A DNA stretch of 64,000 nt from contig OX597819.1 of assembly GCA_951406725.2 (NCBI GenBank), positions 129,146,001-129,210,000 of the forward strand, in the 5' to 3' direction. The position numbers and the translations under genes were made by a program. The stretch comes from Octopus vulgaris (taxonomy: Eukaryota). Of the stretch, positions 57,408 through 64,000 are shown piece after piece (position 1 is the stretch's first letter; the number at the start of each line of letters is the position of its first letter). The notes below the pieces were generated by a model. That model saw only the letters and a program-made list of their open reading frames with translations, did not search any database and was not told where the DNA came from.

Positions 57408-58270
57408 CAGGATGCGATGAATAAACTGTCGTCAAAATTACGCAAAATAACACAGACATCGCATTTTAAGATATATTTACCAAAATTACGTAACAATATC
57501 TTAAAATACCAAAGAGTAAATTTATTCAATAAAATCACCATTGGCGCCAACCACGGCCTCCAGAGAACTTCGGAATCTCCTGCAGCTCTTCTAAACGGTT
57601 TCCTTGCATAAGTTGGTGAACGCTGCCTTAATCCTTGCCTTCAGTTCATCTTTATGTTACAAGGAGTTTTGTTAGTCTCTCGCTCAACTGCGCACCGCAC
57701 ATAATAATCAAGGGACTTAGGTGACCAGATGTTAGGGGTGATGTGGTTGCAGAAATTGTCTGACATCCATGACTGAGTTTTCCTGCTTGCGTGGCATGGT
57801 GCAGAGTCCTGTTGCCAGACATAAGGTCTTCCAGCAGCCACCTTCTTGACCCAGGGCAGCACTACCTCCTCCAGGCACTTGATGTAGGCCTTCATGTTGA
57901 GTCTGAGGCCATGTGGGAAGATGAATGGAGGCAAAACGTCGCCATCACTAGTGATCACTCCAAACACCATGATGTTGATTGGATGTTTGATTTTTATCAC
58001 TCTCGGTACATGTTCCACAGATTGCACTGTCCTCAGATTGACACATAAGCACTCTGAAATATTCATATTTGAGCTTCCGGCGTGAATGTCAAGCACTACA
58101 GCATGTCGTTTCCAAATTTCTGGCAGAGTGAATTGCGTCATGGTGCTGTTTGTTTCACAGACGGTGCCCAACTGACCCTACAATACTGTGAAGTCGACAA
58201 ACTCAAGAACAAATACACATGCGCAAAATAAAAATATATAAAATGGCGACAATTTACCTATCGCACCCTG
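57408..58270 (-). mobile_element. Internally deleted Tc1/mariner (maT/DD37D-like) transposon
   Basis: TIRs CAGG(A/G)TGCGAT..TAAA.TGTCG; ORF 57641-58171 with MVFGVITSDG, WQQDSAPCH, LDYYV. Confidence 0.85.
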
Positions 58271-58279
58271 CATATATAC

Positions 58280-58306
58280 ATATACATGCGCACACACACA
58301 TATGCA

Positions 58307-58360
<54 letters not shown>

Positions 58361-58700
58361 AATATATATATACATACACATATATGTGAATATATATGTG
58401 TGTGTGTGTATGTGTGTGTATACACACACACACATATACATATATGTACATATGTACATATATATATATACATACATATATATGCGAATATATATTTATA
58501 TAGATATATGTGTGTGTGCATATATACATATATGTATATTTACATATATATGTATATACATATATGTATATGCATATATACATATATACATATACATATA
58601 CACATACATATACACACATATATATATGTGTGTATGTGTATATGGTTATATATATCCACACGCATATATGCATATGTGCATACACACATAAATACATTCA
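58280..58700. repeat. Degenerate TA/CA microsatellite
   Basis: Direct reading. Confidence 0.9.
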
Positions 58701-59540
58701 TTTAAATGAGAGAGAGTAAGAGAGAAAGAGAGAGAAAAAGAGAGAGAGAAAGACAGAGAGAGAGAGATATAGAGACGTGGTGAAAGAAACATCGTGTGTA
58801 TGTGTTTTCATATGTAAATATATGTATATGAACAATAAATCCCCGAATAGTTGCTAATCTTTCCTCTAACACTAATTCTCCAAACCGAATAGATTGTATT
58901 TAGCTCGATATGACCACCAGTTGGATTTATTTTCTAAACCGTAAATCCCTTTTAAACCGACTCCAACGCCATCTGATTTCGTCATCTTCCTGTACATTAT
59001 TCGTCCTGACCAATTTGCAAAAAAATGTGCAAATCCTCATTGACTGGCCTAAGCGAAGCGTACGTATTATCTTTTCATCTCCATAGCATATTAGTTCATT
59101 AACTTAATAAGATCGGATTACAATCGAAAGTTATTTATGCATGAAACCAAAACAGTGCAAAATAACAAATACAACCACACTGACAACAACAACAACAACA
59201 GCAACAAAAAAGAAATACATAAGCAAAAAAAAATCTAGAACATTCTTCAAGTCTTCAAAATCATTTATACGATTAATATTAGAAATGTTGTCAAGGCGTC
59301 AGGCTAAGTTCTTTGGCGTTGCTTTATGGCAGCTGATGCTTTTTATCACGATTTATCGTAAGGTCAAGATTCAGTGGTTATCGGTTTATTACGAAATGAC
59401 CAATCGGTCGGTCAGCGGTCAGTTGTGGGGGAGTGTCCATGCATAATTATGAAAGAAAATGTTTAACACTAATGCAATAATTAGCCCTATCTTCCACCTA
59501 ATCCGTACACCCCCACGTTGATTCATTCTTACATTTAATT

Positions 59541-59585
<45 letters not shown>

Positions 59586-59798
59586 AAGATATATATACAT
59601 ATACAAATACATATACATATACATATATATTATGTATATATACGTATACGTATGTATGTATATGTATATGTAACGTATGTGTGTATATATATATATATAC
59701 ATACATACATACATACATACATACATACATACATACATACATACATACATACATACATACATACATACATACATACATACATACGTAGGTTACATATA

Positions 59799-60161
59799 CA
59801 ATAGAACCGCGGTTTTCGAACAACTCTGATCACGAATAAATCGTACTTTATATGTATGTATATATATAATGATTTTAACCTTATTTGTAAGTTGTTTATG
59901 ATTTTAACCTTTAAAGGTATTTTAATATGCTGCCACATTTTTTGATGGAATTTTTTTTCTGTAAAAAAAACTTCATCCTATATTAGTAGGATATATATAT
60001 GCTGCATATATATATATATATATATATATATGTAGGTCCCGGGTTGAGTCGGGGTTAACCACAGTAAATAAGGTACTCAATACATAGCAGAGTAAATTAA
60101 TTTATTTTATAGAAGGAGCTTCTACAGTTCTAGTCCTGTAGAAGCTCCTTCTATAAAATAA

Positions 60162-60201
<40 letters not shown>

Positions 60202-60248
60202 CACGATTTATTCGAGCTTAGAGTTGTTCGAAAACCGAGGTACTACTG
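59799..60248. mobile_element. Tigger/pogo-type MITE with ~50-bp TIRs and TA TSD
   Basis: CAATAGAACCGCGGTTTTCGAACAACTCT..CGAATAAATCGT versus ACGATTTATTCG..AGAGTTGTTCGAAAACCGAGGTACTACTG. Confidence 0.85.
60100..60163. repeat. Perfect ~28-bp-arm palindrome within a short insert in (TA)n
   Basis: ATTTATTTTATAGAAGGAGCTTCTACAG-ttctagtc-CTGTAGAAGCTCCTTCTATAAAATAAAT. Confidence 0.9.
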
Positions 60249-60272
60249 TATTCATATATATACATATGTATA

Positions 60273-60305
<33 letters not shown>

Positions 60306-60309
<4 letters not shown>

Positions 60310-60500
60310 ACAATCAAGGAACGGCCATAATAGGCCATTCACCCACTAGAAATAACAGCCAAAGCTTCAACCGCAAATAAAGGTAAATGTTTTTTAAATT
60401 TTCTCCTGGTTTACGGAATTAATTTTTATTTGCGGTTGAAGCTTTGGCTGTTATTTCTAGTGGGTGAATGGCCTATTATGGCCGTTCCTTGATTGTTGAT
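60306..60500. repeat. Perfect ~76-bp inverted repeat with ~43-bp spacer, in (TA)n
   Basis: Arms 60306-60381 and 60425-60500. Confidence 0.92.
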
Positions 60501-60598
60501 GTTGAACTTAAAAATGGTCTATGACTATTTAATTTTTTCCCACTAGGCCGCTGGTGGCAAAAGAATTCTACAAAATTTTTTTTGCCACCCTATATTGA

Positions 60599-60631
<33 letters not shown>

Positions 60632-61159
60632 CGATAAATAAAAGTATATACATACATACATACACACACACGTACACACACATGTACCTATATAAGTACA
60701 TTTGTATGTGTATGCGTTTCAGTGTATTTATGATGTTGCCTTAATACGGTAACATGCTTTACAGCAGGTACGGAGTTCGATCCATATAGGCGATGTTTTG
60801 TCTTTTTCTGTGATGCATGTATGTATGCATGTATGTATGTATGTGTGTATGTATGTATGTATGTATGTATGTATGCATGCATGTACGGTAAGGCACTGGG
60901 TCGGGTCAAAATTGAAATGCATGCACAACAAAGATAGACGAATTCATACCCGGGTATCGAAGTACAGGCAGAAAGATATTCAAGTTATGTACACGATTAA
61001 ATGAACCCGTCTGAGTATATCACAAGCCCTTGGGCTAATCAAGAAACGCACGTTGTATTAAATATATTGTCCATAATATACTTCGGATCACGTGAGGAAC
61101 AGGTTCCGAGGGAGGTGAATTGTAAATAAATAAATAACATAGATGCATAATGTGTCAAT

Positions 61160-61260
61160 TCACTACAGCTGTTTCCAACGAATTTTTAATTGATTAATTC
61201 AGACATTACATCATTAGTAAAAATCTTTCGTCACACATCTGTGACCTCTTCAGCAACTCT
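61160..61260 (-). ncRNA. Degenerate hammerhead-like motif
   Basis: CTGAAGA-G-GTCACA-GATG-TGTGAC-GAAA and downstream GAAA-CAGCTG-TA; stem I poor. Confidence 0.4.
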
Positions 61261-61499
61261 TCCATCTCACGTGTCTCCTCCTGTTCTGTTTAATGGGCAT
61301 AAAATAAAATAATAAGAGCGATAATAAACGAGTGAAGAACGAATATACAGTGCGTGTGTTTAATTGGTAAGAAACAAATGATCATCCTGGGGCAGGATAA
61401 CAATTATTTCTTAGTTTCGCAAGAGGACAACAGTTTGGGAGGAGGGGATCAGTCAATTCCATCGATCCCAGTTTTTGACTGGTACATATTTTGTCCTAC

Positions 61500-61638
61500 T
61501 GGGCGGTACCTTGAGCAAGTGTCTTCTCCTATAACCATGGACCGATCAAAGACTAATGAATGAATTTGATAGATGGCAACTGTTTGGAAACCCATCGCGT
61601 GTGTGTGAGTGATTGTGTGTGTGTGTGTGTGTGTGAGT

Positions 61639-61698
<60 letters not shown>

Positions 61699-61905
61699 AC
61701 GTTAGTTCCTCTCCACCGTTTGACGATTGATGTTGGTTTGTTTATGTCCCCGTACCATTGGCGGTTCGGCAATAGCAGCCGAAAGAATAAGTACCCGTCT
61801 GAAAGGTAAGTACTGGGATCTGTTTGTCCGACTAAACCCCTCAAGGCGGTGTCCAACCATGGCCGCTGTGCACGGACTGAAACAAGTAAAAGGAAGATAA
61901 AAGAA
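61500..61905 (+). mobile_element. Degenerate family-A SINE
   Basis: CCTTGAGCAAGTGTCTTCT ... internal TG ... GACTGAAACAAGTAAAAG. Confidence 0.75.
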
Positions 61906-62100
61906 TATCAGGATATTCAAACTATTAAATGAGATATGAATGACCAAATCTTGTGTTATGATTTTAGAATGAGCTACAGTATTAACATCAGCTCGCGATG
62001 GCTATTGAAAACTCTACATCATATAAATTTTCTTCTTTCGACTTTAATGCGTAAATTCACAGATCTTCATAACATTGTCTCATTACGTTAAAAGTTCCGA

Positions 62101-62303
62101 AGGCGACGGGCAGCGCGCCAGGCAAAGTACATAGCGGCATTTGGTCTGGCTTTACGTTTTGTGTTCAAATTCCGATGAGGTCGACTTTACCTTTCAACAT
62201 TTCGGGGTCGATAAAATAAGTACCAGTCGAGCACTGGAGTCGATGTAATCGGCTTACACCCCTCCCTGAAATTGCTAGCCTTGTGCCAAACTTTGAAACC
62301 ATT
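62101..62303 (+). mobile_element. Family-B SINE monomer (older tail type)
   Basis: Body motif and tail CCTTGTGCCAAACTTTGAAACC. Confidence 0.8.
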
Positions 62304-62459
62304 ATGTTAAAGGTTGTGTTTATATCTGATGTTATTCAAAGTTTAGGTCATTTAGCACACGAACATACAATCTTATCACAAGAAGAATAATATTTTAGAA
62401 AATATTCTTTATTATTTACATTTAATTATATCTAAATATTATAGACACATACGCATGCA

Positions 62460-62510
<51 letters not shown>

Positions 62511-62516
<6 letters not shown>

Positions 62517-62733
62517 AAAGACGAAGACAGAGGGTGTAAGCAACAAACAAATGTATTAGTATAACGCTCAGGAATTGAAAAAGTCTTTAACGTTTCGAGC
62601 CTACGCTCTTCTACAGAAAGGAACACAGAAAGAAACAAGGAGAGAAAATAAAGAATGTGTAGTGGCTAGCGATCTATAATGGCGAATGTCGGACAGAAGG
62701 GTCACACAGGAGAGCCAGGGAGAAGGGGAGATA
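62511..62733 (-). mobile_element. Short element in (TA)n with a minimal hammerhead-like fold (62585-62620)
   Basis: Minus strand: CTTT-CTGTAGA-A-GAGC-GTAG-GCTC-GAAA-CG-TT-AAAG. Confidence 0.72.
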
Positions 62734-62739
62734 ATATAT

Positions 62740-63603
62740 AGTCCCAGACTATTTATATTTAATAAAAAATAACTTATTTGCTTAATTTATAACACCATCT
62801 TCGAAATAGTGAACTTGCGCAGCAATACAACGTTCCTAGCGTTCTTGCCACTTTTGGAATCCGGTTTGGGCGTTTACCGTAACTGAGTCGAGGACTTTCT
62901 GCGGTTCGCTCTTGATCTTGACAACGGTGTAAAAAAGCGTCGACCTTTGAACTGCATTTTCATCTTGGGAAGAGATGGAAATCCGTAGGTGCTAAGTCTG
63001 GCGAATAAGGTGGGTGCCGAGGCGATAGCATGTTGTTTTTGGCGGGAGACGCACGTGTGAGGAGAGCTCGGTGGCAGGGTTCATTGTCATCGTGAAGAAT
63101 CCAATTCTTTGCACTCCACAGATCCCTTGCTTTCGCCGAATGTCCTCTCTGAAACGCTTCAAAACGTTGCAGTGGAACTCTCGATTGCCGGTCTGGCCCT
63201 GGGAGGCCAATTTGCAGATGTCGAAAAAAAAAGGATGAACATGCTCTTGATTGAGCTGGGGCTCTATCGTGCTGCTTTTGAAACATTGCGTACGACCCAT
63301 TGCCTCGTCGCCTTGAGCTTGCTGAAGCATTTTCAATGTCTTTGTAGCAGACTTCCCAAGTTTAACGCAAAATTTTACGTTTGTTCTTTGTTCCAACTTC
63401 CTGTTCATGACAAAAATCACAGACTACAGCATACAAGGGATCACAAAATCACAAATTTCACAACTTGCAAAGTATACACAGCGATGTCACTCGGCACACT
63501 GCCTCGTGAAGGTCATTGCTAGCTCTCACTGCGCATGCAACCGTGTGCTACCATCTGTTGGCGCGCTAAAGAACTAGCCCGGGAATTTTTTTATACCACC
63601 TAG
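62740..63603 (-). mobile_element. Internally deleted mariner transposon
   Basis: EQRTNVKFCVKLGKSAT, WILHDDNEPCH, HPPYSPDLAPTDFHLFP; TIR-like end at ~63578-63603. Confidence 0.88.
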
Positions 63604-64000
63604 TATATCGTATTTCGTGTAGCAATGCTACAAATAAATCATCTGCATTTTTCCTTAATTCCTTCTAACAAACATGATCGATATGTGATTGCAACGAAAT
63701 ATTGCTAACGCGTCTCGTTTTTCTTTTTCTTTTTCTTCTTATCTTTCGTTATACGTATTTTGGCATCCAACCTTGATCGTTCAATCGCTTGCATGTTGAA
63801 AAACTTTCCTACTTGATAGAGTCACTGATGTGTTGATGGGTACTTTTCCATTACGAAAATAATACTTTTCTTTTCTCCTCGCATCATATTACCACATCGA
63901 TGACAAGACCCTGCTGCATGTGACGTGTTCAGAAGATTGTTTTCCATCTAAAAATGCAACTGCGGTTTCTTCTATCAATATGAACTTTTATAGAAATCTT

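Overview
AT-rich eukaryotic non-coding DNA (intergenic or deep intronic) with no convincing host protein-coding exon; most listed ORFs are translations of microsatellites. The repeat landscape (dense TA/CA/GATA/TACA microsatellites, several tRNA-derived SINE families) resembles what I recall of octopod cephalopod genomes, which is an inference. Recognisable content: at least four SINE families; four decayed Tc1/mariner transposase elements; several MITEs; a non-autonomous Helitron; and at least five fragments of Penelope-like retroelements (RT and GIY-YIG motifs). The most interesting signal is a set of short (~200 bp) non-coding elements embedded in microsatellites that carry minimal type I hammerhead ribozyme folds. 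The best is at 25499-25589 (minus), with others at 46713-46747, 38253-38288 and 62585-62620 plus degenerate copies. Also notable are long fold-back palindromes in (TA)n tracts and a SINE that forms 184-bp-period trimers and appears to insert into itself.
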